A DNA stretch of 64,000 nucleotides, taken from the NCBI GenBank assembly GCA_963843145.1, contig CAWJJC010000020.1, positions 160,001 through 224,000 of the forward strand, given 5' to 3'. The notes beneath the pieces were generated by a model. It saw only the letters and a list, made by a program, of their open reading frames with translations. It was not told the origin of the DNA and did no database searches. Made by a program: the position numbers and the translations under genes. The stretch comes from an uncultured delta proteobacterium (GTDB lineage: Bacteria > Desulfobacterota > RBG-13-43-22). This document shows positions 8,237-17,647 of this stretch, piece after piece; position 1 is the stretch's first letter; each line of letters starts with the position of its first letter.

Positions 8237-10717
8237 TCAAATATTCCCCGGGATGTTGGCCGCGGCGCTGTTAATTCTCAGGGTATTGGCGACCACGGTC
8301 AGGCTGCTGGCAAACATGGCCAGAACCGCGATCAAAGGATTCAGCAAGCCGGTCATGGCCAGGGGAATTCCCAGCAGATTATAAAAAAAAGCGAAGAGCA
8401 GGTTTTGTCGAATAATCCTAAAACTCACCCTGGCCAGGTGAAACACCTCCTGGATCCTGAGGGGATCAGGGGTTAAGAGCGTAATATCCGCAGCCTCCGA
8501 TAGGATTCCGGCCCTGGTTCCCAGGGCAAAACCCACATCGGCCTGGGCCAGGGCCGCGGCGTCGTTAAGTCCGTCTCCGACCATGCCCACCCGATGTCCT
8601 TTCTGCTGGAGTTCTTTAATGATGCGGACCTTGTCCTGGGCCTGGGCCTGGCCGATATAGGGGTCTATGGCCAGTTCCCGGGCCAGGGCTGCGGTAGTCT
8701 CCAGAGAGTCACCCGAAACCAGCCAGGTCCCAAAACCTTTTTCTTGAAGACCCGAAACGGCCTCACGGGCCGTTTTCTTGAGCGTATCCCCAAAAGCCAG
8801 AAACCCTCGAACCTGTTCCTCCCAGCCGAAGAAAACGACCGTCGCGCCCTGGCTCGACAGGGTCCTGGCCTGCGGCTCAAGAGTCGCGGGGAATATCAGC
8901 CCCTGAGACTGCATCAGATTTCGATTCCCGATGATCACCTCCAGGCCGGCAACCACCCCGCGGACCCCGAAACCGGGGAGTGTCTTAAAATCCTTCACTT
9001 CCTCCGGGCTGAGGGAAAACTCCCGGGACTGGTTTTGAATCTCCCGGGCCAGAAAGTGATCGGAAAAAGCCTCAACCGAAGCAATTTTTTGCCAGGCCTC
9101 CTGCGGCGAGCCTTCGAGGCAAACCATTTCCCGAAAGGAAAAACGGCCTTCGGTTAAGGTCCCGGTCTTGTCGAAGATCAAGACATCCAATTTTCTTATT
9201 TTTTCCAGGGCCGCCGGATCGCGGATGAGGATTCCTTTTCTTCGTCCCTGGCCGATGGCCGCCACCTTGGCCAGCGGGGTGGCAATCCCCAAGGCACAGG
9301 GGCAGGAAATGACCAGTATCGTGACGGCCCGCAGCAGGCTCTCCTCCAGCGAATAACCGCGAGAGGCCAGCACCAGCGCGGTTCCCGCGGCTAAAGCCAA
9401 GAGAGAAGGTACGATCCAGCGGGTCAACCGATCGGCCAAAAGTTCGACCGCGGTCTTCCTGGACAGGCCCTCCTGCATCAAAGTTATGATCTGACCGATT
9501 GAACTTTCCGCTCCCACGCGGGTGGCCCGCAACCTCAGCGGGTGGTCAAGGAGTAAAGCGCCGGCCCGGACCTCCTCATTGAGCCCTCTTTTTATCGGCC
9601 GCGACTCACCGGTCAAATAGGATTCGTCCAGTTTAGCCCGTCCAAAAAGGACCCGGCCGTCTACGGGGACCCTTTCCCCGGCCAGGACCTGAAAATCGTC
9701 CCCGGGTCTTACCTCCTCGGCCGCTCGCCATTCTTCCCCTCTTTCGGTCAGGAGGCGCACTTTTTGATTGGCCAGTTGATAGAGTTCAATCAGACCTTGG
9801 GAGATTTTTTCTCTGGCCTGGGCCTCCAGGTACTTTCCCAGCAGGACCAAAACGATCAGCATCGCGGCCGTATCGAAATAAAGGTGCAGGCTGCCTCGCC
9901 CCATCTGGACCAGGCTGTAAAAATAGGCCGACAGGGCACCAAGGGAAATAAGGACTTCCATGGTGGGATTTCCATGGCGCAATCCGGCCAGGGCCTTTTT
10001 AAAAATGGGAAAGCCCCCGTAAATCAGTACCGGGGTGGCCAGGATCCACAAGGGGTAGGAGAGATAGCCAATGGCCTCCTTCCCCAGATCCTGAAAAAGG
10101 CCGCCGTCAAGGGCCAGGGAGATCATCATCACCTGGACCGTCAGAATGGAGGAAATGCCCAGACGCCGTTGTACTCTTTTTCTTTCCCCTGAGGCCTCCG
10201 CCGGATCCTGAAAGGAAGAGGACCGATATCCCAGCTTGGAAATCCGGTCCCGGATTTCTTCTATCGTCACCTGATGCGGGAGGTATTTAATCCGGACCAG
10301 ATCGGAGGCAAAGAGGGCCTTGACCTCGAGCACTCCCCGAGTCCGCGGCAATACACTTTCAATCAACCAGGAACAAGCGCTACACCACATCCCCTCCAGG
10401 TTTAAGATCAATTCTTTGGCCAGCGCTTCTTCCAGGCCGGAAGCGTTCAAGGCTTGCGGGCCTGCTTCCCCGCCTTGAGCCGGGCTTTGTTCCCGCGCTT
10501 CAGCCTTCCGGCCGATCAGGTCAGCGGCCGCACAAAGACGATAAAGGTCTGAATTTTTCAGGTCGCCGGGAAGACCCCCGGGAAGACTGGTCAGCAGTTG
10601 AAAGACCTGCCGGCAGCCGAAACAACAGAAATGGAAAACCGCTGCTCCCCGCCTTTCCTCTACTCCTGAACGACCGACAGGCAAACCGCATAAGCGACAT
10701 TCCGCTTCAGGACTCAT
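8237..10717 (-). CDS. ccoI: P1B-type copper-translocating ATPase, CcoI/FixI type
   Basis: N-terminal CxxC...CCxGC domain, HMA GMWCSAC, TGES, CPCALG, DKTGTLT, GDGLND, YN and MxxSS Cu(I) motifs; lies at the end of the cbb3 cluster. Confidence 0.9.
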   Translation of the reverse strand: MSPEAECRLCGLPVGRSGVEERRGAAVFHFCCFGCRQVFQLLTSLPGGLPGDLKNSDLYRLCAAADLIGRKAEAREQSPAQGGEAGPQALNASGLEEALAKELILNLEGMWCSACSWLIESVLPRTRGVLEVKALFASDLVRIKYLPHQVTIEEIRDRISKLGYRSSSFQDPAEASGERKRVQRRLGISSILTVQVMMISLALDGGLFQDLGKEAIGYLSYPLWILATPVLIYGGFPIFKKALAGLRHGNPTMEVLISLGALSAYFYSLVQMGRGSLHLYFDTAAMLIVLVLLGKYLEAQAREKISQGLIELYQLANQKVRLLTERGEEWRAAEEVRPGDDFQVLAGERVPVDGRVLFGRAKLDESYLTGESRPIKRGLNEEVRAGALLLDHPLRLRATRVGAESSIGQIITLMQEGLSRKTAVELLADRLTRWIVPSLLALAAGTALVLASRGYSLEESLLRAVTILVISCPCALGIATPLAKVAAIGQGRRKGILIRDPAALEKIRKLDVLIFDKTGTLTEGRFSFREMVCLEGSPQEAWQKIASVEAFSDHFLAREIQNQSREFSLSPEEVKDFKTLPGFGVRGVVAGLEVIIGNRNLMQSQGLIFPATLEPQARTLSSQGATVVFFGWEEQVRGFLAFGDTLKKTAREAVSGLQEKGFGTWLVSGDSLETTAALARELAIDPYIGQAQAQDKVRIIKELQQKGHRVGMVGDGLNDAAALAQADVGFALGTRAGILSEAADITLLTPDPLRIQEVFHLARVSFRIIRQNLLFAFFYNLLGIPLAMTGLLNPLIAVLAMFASSLTVVANTLRINSAAANIPGNI

Positions 10718-10805
10718 AGCGCAAAAATCCCGTCGGCTCTGAGTGGCCGGGCGCGAGTGGCTGGAGTCTGGTTTTTCTTTGGACCCGGCACCTTGAACCC
10801 TCAGG

Positions 10806-11519
10806 TTAAACCAGGAGCTTCGCGCCCTGGTAGATCAGGATCAGCCCCATAAAAATGACGGAAAAAGCGGCCAGTCGCTCCCCGATAAGTCTCGTCCGCA
10901 GGGTGAACAGGGAAGTGGAGATTCCCAGGCCCAAAAGAGCGGGTACCGTGCCCAGGCCAAAAGCCACCATGGTCATAAAGCCTTCCGCCATATTTCCTGT
11001 GGTGGCGGCCTTGATGAGCAGGGAACAGGATAGGCAGCAAGGCAGAAGCCCGCTGGCCAGTCCCAGGGCCATCTTGGAAGCTGAACCGGGAGATTGAAAC
11101 AGGAAAGGAAGGAGGCGGCTCCAGAGGGAACGAGGCGTCAAGGAAAATCGGGCCAAAAGACCCGGCAGGGGAATGACCCTCAAGAAGACCATTCCCAACA
11201 GCGTAATCAGGAACCCCCCGGCCAGGATGACCCCGCCGCGGATATTGAGATGTAAATTGAAGCCGGAGATAGTAAAGAGGCCCGCGGCCAGGCCGCCCAG
11301 GATTCCGTAGGTCATCAGCCTGCCGAAATGATAGGCCAGGTGATGAGAAAATCCTTTGGCCCAGGAAGAGGAATCCAAGCCCACGACCCGGGGTTCCAGG
11401 CTTTTAATGTGCACCGAATAGGCCAGGACCAGGGGGCCGCACATCCCCAGACAATGCAGGCTGCCGAACAATCCGATCAGGAACGGGGCCAGAAGCTCGA
11501 TAATCCAGGGAGCGTCCAT
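10806..11519 (-). CDS. DsbD_2/TauE-like membrane protein associated with cbb3 oxidase assembly
   Basis: GSLHCLGMCG, YHFGR..TY, GLLPC, FGLGTVP motifs. Confidence 0.85.
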   Translation of the reverse strand: MDAPWIIELLAPFLIGLFGSLHCLGMCGPLVLAYSVHIKSLEPRVVGLDSSSWAKGFSHHLAYHFGRLMTYGILGGLAAGLFTISGFNLHLNIRGGVILAGGFLITLLGMVFLRVIPLPGLLARFSLTPRSLWSRLLPFLFQSPGSASKMALGLASGLLPCCLSCSLLIKAATTGNMAEGFMTMVAFGLGTVPALLGLGISTSLFTLRTRLIGERLAAFSVIFMGLILIYQGAKLLV

Positions 11520-11528
11520 ATCCTCTCC

Positions 11529-12089
11529 TCAGCGGATAGCGGTCGGTTGGAAACCCGTCCGGCCCCCTTCATTTTTTTCTTTAGCCCGGGCCCTCAGATA
11601 ATGGATGACGGCCCAGCGGTCTTCCGCGCCGATGGTGGCATACAAGGGGGGTTGTCTCTTATGGCCCAGACTGATCTTGTAAAACAGTTCTCCGTCGCTC
11701 TGAGTCTGCACTTTGGGATCCAAAAGATAGGTGGGTAAAGGATAAAAGCTTTGACCCACCGTGGCCTTCCCGTCGAGCCCGGGGCCATGACAGTGCACAC
11801 AGTAATAGAGATAACTTTTCTTTCCCTGGCCTACCACAGCCGGGGTCATCGGCAAAGGGTTGATCAATTGTTTAGGGTTTGATCTTCTCAAGGTCTCGAT
11901 GCCCCCGCCTAGCGGAATAGTCCCTGTGGGCATGATCGGCAGGGAAAGCTGAAAGGTATTGATGGCTTCGTCATCCCTCATCCGGCCGTAGTAGTTGCTG
12001 ATCAGGATGGAAAGGAAAAAGAAAGAAAAGGCCAAAAGACCCACAACCAGACCGGTGATTAAGAAGGCTTTTCTCCCCGACACGATCAC
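11529..12089 (-). CDS. actE: Membrane-anchored monoheme cytochrome c, ActE-like
   Basis: N-terminal TM, M..D.....MPTGTIP segment, CVHCH, SDGELFYKIS, DRWAVIHYLR; GTG start overlaps the upstream stop. Confidence 0.72.
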   Translation of the reverse strand: MIVSGRKAFLITGLVVGLLAFSFFFLSILISNYYGRMRDDEAINTFQLSLPIMPTGTIPLGGGIETLRRSNPKQLINPLPMTPAVVGQGKKSYLYYCVHCHGPGLDGKATVGQSFYPLPTYLLDPKVQTQSDGELFYKISLGHKRQPPLYATIGAEDRWAVIHYLRARAKEKNEGGRTGFQPTAIR

Positions 12090-12355
12090 CGTCCTCCCCG
12101 TCCGCCGGTTTTTTCGGTCTTACCGCTGGGGCCCATCACATGTTGTTGCCGAATCCCTTCCCCTTCTTCCCCAGGAGCCGTGCCGGCCCGTTTTTCTGCC
12201 CCACGGACCGAATAGACTGACTGGCCGGGCACATCGGCGATGGTCCCGTAGCGCCAGGGGGGCGGCCAATGAACCCCGACGACGGAAAAAATAAAGAGCC
12301 CCCAGAGTAAAAAGCCCAGGGCCACGGCCAGTACGATGACCCAACTCCTGGCCAT
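12086..12355 (-). CDS. Small single-TM hypothetical protein
   Basis: RBS AAGGAGG, ATG 12355, MARSWVIVLAVALGFLLWGLFIF...WPPPWRYGTIADVPGQS; stop overlaps the next start (GTGA). Confidence 0.7.
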   Translation of the reverse strand: MARSWVIVLAVALGFLLWGLFIFSVVGVHWPPPWRYGTIADVPGQSVYSVRGAEKRAGTAPGEEGEGIRQQHVMGPSGKTEKTGGRGGR

Positions 12356-12419
12356 TGATCCCTCCTTTTCCGGGGGAACAGCGGCCTGACTTTTGTCGAT
12401 CAGGTTGTTGGCCTTCAGG

Positions 12420-12700
12420 CTACCCAATGGCCTTTCCTCCCAGTCCGACCAGGATCAAGTAGGCCAGGGCCCAGACGATGACCGCCAGGTAAGCCATAAT
12501 AAGAAATGGCGGCACGGGGTTATCGTCCTTCTTCTGTTCCTCCCCGGACCCCACCCCTCAGGCTCGAGTTCCGCTCCGCCTACCTCCGGCGGGGCCGGGG
12601 GATAAAAGGTCCAGGCCGCATAGAGAAGGACCAGAGTCCCCAGCCCCAAAAAAAAGGCCAGGGCCATATCCTGCAAGGTGGTCAAAGGGAAATAGGGCAT
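12420..12700 (-). CDS. Small two-TM protein resembling the CcoP/FixP N-terminal anchor (frameshift in a G-run near 12555)
   Basis: MPYFPLTTLQDMALAFFLGLGTLVLLYAAW...EPEG, then in the shifted frame EEQKKDDNPVPPFLIMAYLAVIVWALAYLILVGLGGKAIG*; the DNPxP plus TM pattern resembles FixP_N. Confidence 0.6.
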
Positions 12701-12709
12701 GGCCGCACC

Positions 12710-12964
12710 TTACCCTCTTAAGGCCCAAAATAGAGATCCCGCTAAACCCACGACCAGCAAAAGTCCGATAAACATCAAAACATAAACCTCCACGGTCCAT
12801 TGGGCCGGATCCTTGACCAAGGGTTGCGGCAGGGCGTCTTGCAGGGGCAGGTAGCGGGCCCGGTCCTGATCGGAAAACTGTCCGCTCTGCAGTCCCCACA
12901 AAAAGGCCGCCAACGAGACCCACAGGCTGAAAGCGATCAAAATCATCCAGGCTGAAAAATACAT
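12710..12964 (-). CDS. ccoS: cbb3-type oxidase maturation protein CcoS/FixS
   Basis: MYFSAWMILIAFSL...AFLWGLQSGQFSD signature, plus an extra C-terminal TM. Confidence 0.88.
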   Translation of the reverse strand: MYFSAWMILIAFSLWVSLAAFLWGLQSGQFSDQDRARYLPLQDALPQPLVKDPAQWTVEVYVLMFIGLLLVVGLAGSLFWALRG

Positions 12965-12965
12965 C

Positions 12966-13946
12966 CTATTTCTCCTTCTCCCGGCGCAAGGCCTTGGACA
13001 GGGGCTCATTCCCGGGGGGCTCATAAGCGGCAGCCATCCCTTTGGGTTCCTGATGGGCATCGCTTTGGCCGATGAAATAAACGGCCACATAATTCCCCAC
13101 TTCCCAGATTTTGGCGGATTCCAGTTCTTTTTTAAAATAAGGCATGGCCGTTCCGGTGATGCCGTTCATGATCTGGTGATAGAGGATGCCCCCGGAAATC
13201 CCCCGCTGGTTCAACAGGGTAAAGTTCAGCGGTGGGGGATAGAGATAGGGCTCCGCCGGCCCCATGCCGTCGCCGATCGGGCCGTGACAGCCGATGCAAA
13301 AACCCTGATAAATCTTGTGCCCCCGTTCCAGACCGGCCTCGGTGGTCGGGTAGGGGTTGGTCAGCTTTCTCCAGGGCTCGGGGACCATTTGATGCAGCCA
13401 CTGAACATTTTCATCCGGCCCGGCCTCATAGGCCTGGACGGCCTTGACCTTCCAGGCTTCCTGCCGCCGCACCCGGAAGTCGGCCATCCGAAATCCCAGG
13501 CTCTGTTTATAGGCGATCAGGGCCAGGATATTCTTCTTTCCCAGAAATTTCCAGGAAGGCATGATCGATTCCGGCCGGACAAACCTGGGATTGGTAAAGT
13601 GGGCCAGGTGCCAATCATCCGGGTGTTCTCCCCCTTCCTGGGAGAGATCCGGACCGGTCCGCTCGGTGCCTACCAGGGGGGGTTGGTCCTGAACATAATC
13701 CCCGGACAGGGCCACCCTCTCGGCGCCGATGCCCCAGTCGATATCGCGGATAAACTGGGTATGGCAAAAGGTGCATCCGTTCCGGATATAAATTTCCCGC
13801 CCCTGCGTTTCGAGGGAGGATCGCGCCCGAAAGATATCCGACGGCTGCTCGCTGATGGTCGTCCAGGGCAGGATGACGGCGATGGACAGCACCGAGGCGA
13901 AAATGATCAGACCTCCGAAAACAATGATGGCCAGGTTCATCTTCAT
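12966..13946 (-). CDS. ccoO: cbb3-type oxidase subunit II with an extra C-terminal cytochrome c domain (diheme)
   Basis: GREIYIRNGCTFCHTQFIR, GTERTGPDL, WHLAHFTNPR, SIMP; second heme CIGCH...GTAMP. ATG 13946 overlaps the ccoN stop. Confidence 0.9.
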   Translation of the reverse strand: MKMNLAIIVFGGLIIFASVLSIAVILPWTTISEQPSDIFRARSSLETQGREIYIRNGCTFCHTQFIRDIDWGIGAERVALSGDYVQDQPPLVGTERTGPDLSQEGGEHPDDWHLAHFTNPRFVRPESIMPSWKFLGKKNILALIAYKQSLGFRMADFRVRRQEAWKVKAVQAYEAGPDENVQWLHQMVPEPWRKLTNPYPTTEAGLERGHKIYQGFCIGCHGPIGDGMGPAEPYLYPPPLNFTLLNQRGISGGILYHQIMNGITGTAMPYFKKELESAKIWEVGNYVAVYFIGQSDAHQEPKGMAAAYEPPGNEPLSKALRREKEK

Positions 13947-15325
13947 CGGGCTTCTCCCTTCCAATCAGGGGAGGCCTCTTTTACCCCGTAGATAGTCTTG
14001 TAGATGTTGATCAGCCCCAGGACCGCCCCGCTGACGATCAACAGACCGATGGAGGCCCGAAGGATCATGTAGATATGGATCTCGGGCAGGATCTTGTAGA
14101 CCACCTGCCCGTTCAACCAGCCATGCCCCTGGACCAGGCCGGCCGCGGTCAGGACGGTAAAGAAGCCGGTCATGCCGATGAGCACCAGCCAGTACTGGAT
14201 GTCGGCCCAGCGGGGGTTGTAGAGGGGGCGGCCGGTTACCCGGGGCAGGATAAAGTAAATCCCCCCCAAGGCGATGGTCCCGGAAAATCCCAAAACGCCC
14301 ATGTGGGCGTGGGCCACCACCCAGTTGGTCAGATGGGTCACCCGCTGGACCGCGGGCAACGCCTGCAAGGGGCCCTGGATGCAGACCAAAAGGTACCAGA
14401 TCAGGCCGGCCATGACGAACTTTCCGCCGATGTCGGCATGGAACAATCCCAGACGACCGCGCATGGTCAGCCAAAGATTGATCAGCACGGTCAAAACCGG
14501 GATAAACATCCCTAAACTTCCGGTGATGGCCACCACCTTCAACCAGGTGGGTAGCGGCGTCTGCAGAAGATGGTGGGCCCCGATGTGGGTATAAATGACC
14601 AGCAGGGTCCAGAAACCGACCAGGGACAGGGAGTGGCTGTAAAGCGGAGAACGGCAGACGATGGGAATAATGTAATAGGAAAGGGCCACCGCCAGAGGAG
14701 TCAAAAACAAGCCCACCACGCCGTGGCCGTAAAACCAGGCCAGAACGGCATCGGGCATTCCGGTAATGGCCCCGCTGGAAGGGTTCCAGACGGCATTGCC
14801 GAAAAAATAGATCAGAAAAAAATAGATCAGGCCGGCGAAGATATACCAGATGGACACATAGAGGGTCTGCTCCTGACGATTTCCGGCCGTTCGCAAAAAA
14901 TTATAGAAAATCAGGGCGAAGGTGAGCAGCACGGCCAGATCGACCGGCCAGATCCATTCGGCGTATTCCCGGCCCTGGGAATACCCCAGGGCCAGGGTGA
15001 TCGTTCCCGAGGCGATAGTGAGATTCAGGATCCAGAGGGAAAGCTTTCCCAGTCGCTCGCTGAAAAGAGGGGTCCGCAGCAGGGTGGGAACCAGGTAGTG
15101 CGCCGATCCCAGCAGAGCGGTACCGACAAAACCGAAAATGACCAGGTTGGTGTGCATCGGACGGGTCCGCCCGAAGACCAACCAGGAGATGTTTCCCAGG
15201 AGGTCCGGAGCGACCAGATGGGTGGCATCGATGAAACCGATGGAGGTCCCGATGACAAACCAGACGGCGGCGCTCAAAAAAAAGGCCTTGACCGTTCCCT
15301 GGGGTTCTTCTTTTAGCAATTGCAC
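13943..15325 (-). CDS. ccoN: cbb3-type (C-family) heme-copper oxygen reductase subunit I
   Basis: RPMHTN, REYAE, WFYGH, IYTHIGAHH (helix VII Tyr present before HH), AHAH; ~12 TM. Confidence 0.9.
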   Translation of the reverse strand: MQLLKEEPQGTVKAFFLSAAVWFVIGTSIGFIDATHLVAPDLLGNISWLVFGRTRPMHTNLVIFGFVGTALLGSAHYLVPTLLRTPLFSERLGKLSLWILNLTIASGTITLALGYSQGREYAEWIWPVDLAVLLTFALIFYNFLRTAGNRQEQTLYVSIWYIFAGLIYFFLIYFFGNAVWNPSSGAITGMPDAVLAWFYGHGVVGLFLTPLAVALSYYIIPIVCRSPLYSHSLSLVGFWTLLVIYTHIGAHHLLQTPLPTWLKVVAITGSLGMFIPVLTVLINLWLTMRGRLGLFHADIGGKFVMAGLIWYLLVCIQGPLQALPAVQRVTHLTNWVVAHAHMGVLGFSGTIALGGIYFILPRVTGRPLYNPRWADIQYWLVLIGMTGFFTVLTAAGLVQGHGWLNGQVVYKILPEIHIYMILRASIGLLIVSGAVLGLINIYKTIYGVKEASPDWKGEAR

Positions 15326-15340
15326 CTTAAACCTTCTTTT

Positions 15341-15889
15341 CTAATGGTGGCAGGCCAGCCAGCAATCGATTTGGGCCTTTTTCTTAATGTGGCAGTCCTT
15401 GCAAAACTTCATCTGAAAAAGTTTTTTCTGCAATCGATCCATTTGCTCCACTGGGCCGTGACAATCCTGGCAATCCAGTTTTCCGAAGCGCAAATGGGGT
15501 TGATGCCTGAACTTGACGAAATCAGGGACATAGAAAATCCGCACCCAGGGGACCGGCTTGCCGCTGTCATAATGCTCCTTTTCCTTAAGGAGCATGGGAT
15601 GGGTGGGGATGATGTATTTGTGGCAGAAAAAACATTTTTCCATTTCCGGAAGTCCGGCATGGGCCGACCTTTCCACGTTCGGATGACAGAACCGGCAATT
15701 AATCGCCTTGACCCCGGCGTGCACCCGGTGACTGAAAGGGATGGGTTGTCGAGGTCCGATCCCCTGGCCGGGATAAGCATAATAAAAATAGAGCATCAGG
15801 GCCATCAACAAAACCCCCACGGAAAACCATTTTTTCCATGACGGCCCCGGCCTTGCTTTTCCCGGTCGCCTTTCAGCCAGGAGGCTCAT
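15341..15889 (-). CDS. actA: Pentaheme cytochrome c, ActA/QrcA-like
   Basis: TM anchor, QPIPFSHRVHAG, CRFCH, CFFCH, CQDCH, CKDCH and a terminal CWLACH; VPWVRI..VPDFVKFRH. Confidence 0.85.
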   Translation of the reverse strand: MSLLAERRPGKARPGPSWKKWFSVGVLLMALMLYFYYAYPGQGIGPRQPIPFSHRVHAGVKAINCRFCHPNVERSAHAGLPEMEKCFFCHKYIIPTHPMLLKEKEHYDSGKPVPWVRIFYVPDFVKFRHQPHLRFGKLDCQDCHGPVEQMDRLQKKLFQMKFCKDCHIKKKAQIDCWLACHH

Positions 15890-17133
15890 CCCCGGCCTTC
15901 CTCCCGGTCCGCATCCAGGGTGTCTAAAAACAGGGGGTCCGTCAAGGGGAGCAACGGAAACCGTTTAAAAAACCATTGGAGGCTTAGGGCCATGAGGCCC
16001 AAGAAACCTAGGCTGATCAAGAATTCCGCCGGGCCCAATGGAAGGCCCGGTCTTTTCCACAGGGAGGGGGCCACCAACAGAAAACGCTCCAGCCACATCC
16101 CGATGAGAATAAGAGCGGTCAGAACCAGCATGGGACCCTGTTTCATCTTGACCTTCTTGCTCAACAGGGTGCCGAAGGGCACGATAAAAAAGAGAACCAG
16201 CACGGTCCAGGCCAGAAAATTCCAGGGAGGGAAATTGACCCGGTTGATCACGAAACGGGTCTCTTCAGGCAGATTCCCATACCAGATCACCAGAAACTGG
16301 GAAAAGAAAAAATCTCCGTTAGTCAGACAAAAGGCCAGGAGCAACTTTCCCAGATCGTGAAACTGGCTTTTTTGGATGACGTTTCCCAGATCAAAGATCT
16401 TGACCGCAAGGATGGAAAGGAAGATCAAGGCGGCCAGGGCGCTGTAAAAGGCACCGGTGAAAAAATACATCCCGAAAAGGGTGCTGTACCAATGAGGGGC
16501 TAAGGACATGACCAGGTCAAAGCCGATCAGGCTGAGCGTCAGGGCATAAAGGATGGCCAGGATGGGCGCCAGGATGGCCTGCTTGCGCAAATTTTCTTTT
16601 CCTTGCTCCCGGAATTTTTCCCAACCCGCCACCCCTTGGGAAGAAATTTTCTTTTCGCCCCGAACCGAAAAATACACCAGGCCCAGGGAAACGGCCGTCA
16701 GCAGAAAGAGGGCCAGACCGTCACGGGCAAAGAGAAAGCCGATATCCAACCAAGCGGCCTTGAAGGGCAGCGGGTGGAGAATCCAGGGGAAAATTCTTTC
16801 CCGGCCTAAAAAAAGGACCCAGAAAAGCAGGAAGGCCAAGGGCAGGAAAGCGACCGGGGCCTCGGCCAGACGCTTTATCGGCCTTCCCCAGCGGGCCTTG
16901 GTCATCACCAGGGCGGCGGAAAAAAGGACCGAGCCGAAGGCCATTCCGGACCAGAAAAGATAATTGACCAAAAAAATCTGCCAGGCCCTTTCCGGCTGCA
17001 GTCCCCCGGCCTCGATTAGAAAGACGGCCCCGCCGATCAGGACCGCGGCCAGGAAGACCAAGGTCCAGCCGTTGAAACCGGTGCCCGGGCCGGAGGCCTT
17101 TATCTCCCGGCAGATTTCATCCCGCGAAATCAT
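15886..17133 (-). CDS. actF: Alternative complex III membrane subunit ActF
   Basis: ~10 TM, DLVMSLAPHWYSTLFG, HDLGKLL, FSQFLVIWYGNLPEE. Confidence 0.85.
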   Translation of the reverse strand: MISRDEICREIKASGPGTGFNGWTLVFLAAVLIGGAVFLIEAGGLQPERAWQIFLVNYLFWSGMAFGSVLFSAALVMTKARWGRPIKRLAEAPVAFLPLAFLLFWVLFLGRERIFPWILHPLPFKAAWLDIGFLFARDGLALFLLTAVSLGLVYFSVRGEKKISSQGVAGWEKFREQGKENLRKQAILAPILAILYALTLSLIGFDLVMSLAPHWYSTLFGMYFFTGAFYSALAALIFLSILAVKIFDLGNVIQKSQFHDLGKLLLAFCLTNGDFFFSQFLVIWYGNLPEETRFVINRVNFPPWNFLAWTVLVLFFIVPFGTLLSKKVKMKQGPMLVLTALILIGMWLERFLLVAPSLWKRPGLPLGPAEFLISLGFLGLMALSLQWFFKRFPLLPLTDPLFLDTLDADREEGRG

Positions 17134-17647
17134 GGATATCCTCGGCACCGGACTCTCTGAGCCAGCCGGCGACTTTTTCCCGTTCCCTGGGCGGGTAGTA
17201 AATCAGCAGGCCGAAACGGTTATCGGAAAAACGGGGGTCATAGTGGGCCGGAAGATGCAGCCTAGGTAGACGGGTGTGAATGAGCATTCCGGCGAAGGAA
17301 ATAAGGACCCCGAACAAAATCAGAAACTCAAAACCGATGATGACAAAGGGGATCCAGGGGATTATCGGCTTGCCGCCGACGATAAACCGCCACTGGATGA
17401 CCGTATAAACGGCCAGGGAAAAACCGGAGACCAGGCCGAAGAGACCGCCGAAGAGGGTGTAATAGCGCACCGGACTGGGGCCCGTATTCAAGGCCTCCTG
17501 GACCTCCGGGGTGGCCGAGGGACTGAAGACGGTAAAATCCAGGTTGGCCTGCTGGGCGGCCTTCAGCGCCCCCAAAAGATCGTCCAGATAGATAAAGATC
17601 CCCATCAAGGCCGGCTGGGCCAGCGGTCTTTTCTCCGCCTTAGACAT
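17117..17647 (-). CDS. actD: Alternative complex III subunit ActD (DUF3341)
   Basis: VGGKPI, FEFLILFG, YDPRFSDNRFG; start MSKAEKR at 17647. Confidence 0.85.
   Translation of the reverse strand: MSKAEKRPLAQPALMGIFIYLDDLLGALKAAQQANLDFTVFSPSATPEVQEALNTGPSPVRYYTLFGGLFGLVSGFSLAVYTVIQWRFIVGGKPIIPWIPFVIIGFEFLILFGVLISFAGMLIHTRLPRLHLPAHYDPRFSDNRFGLLIYYPPREREKVAGWLRESGAEDIHDFAG

Noticed and set aside
13053-13991. Long plus-strand ORFs opposite real genes (e.g. 13053..13991, 20615..21460, 31562..32392, 58763..59575) and minus-strand 49548..50723
   Set aside because: Antisense shadows of well-supported genes in GC-rich DNA, with no motifs.
13943-15325. CcoN-like protein as a nitric oxide reductase
   Set aside because: It keeps the C-family helix VII tyrosine, lacks the NOR HLWVEG glutamate, and sits with ccoS and a Cu-ATPase.
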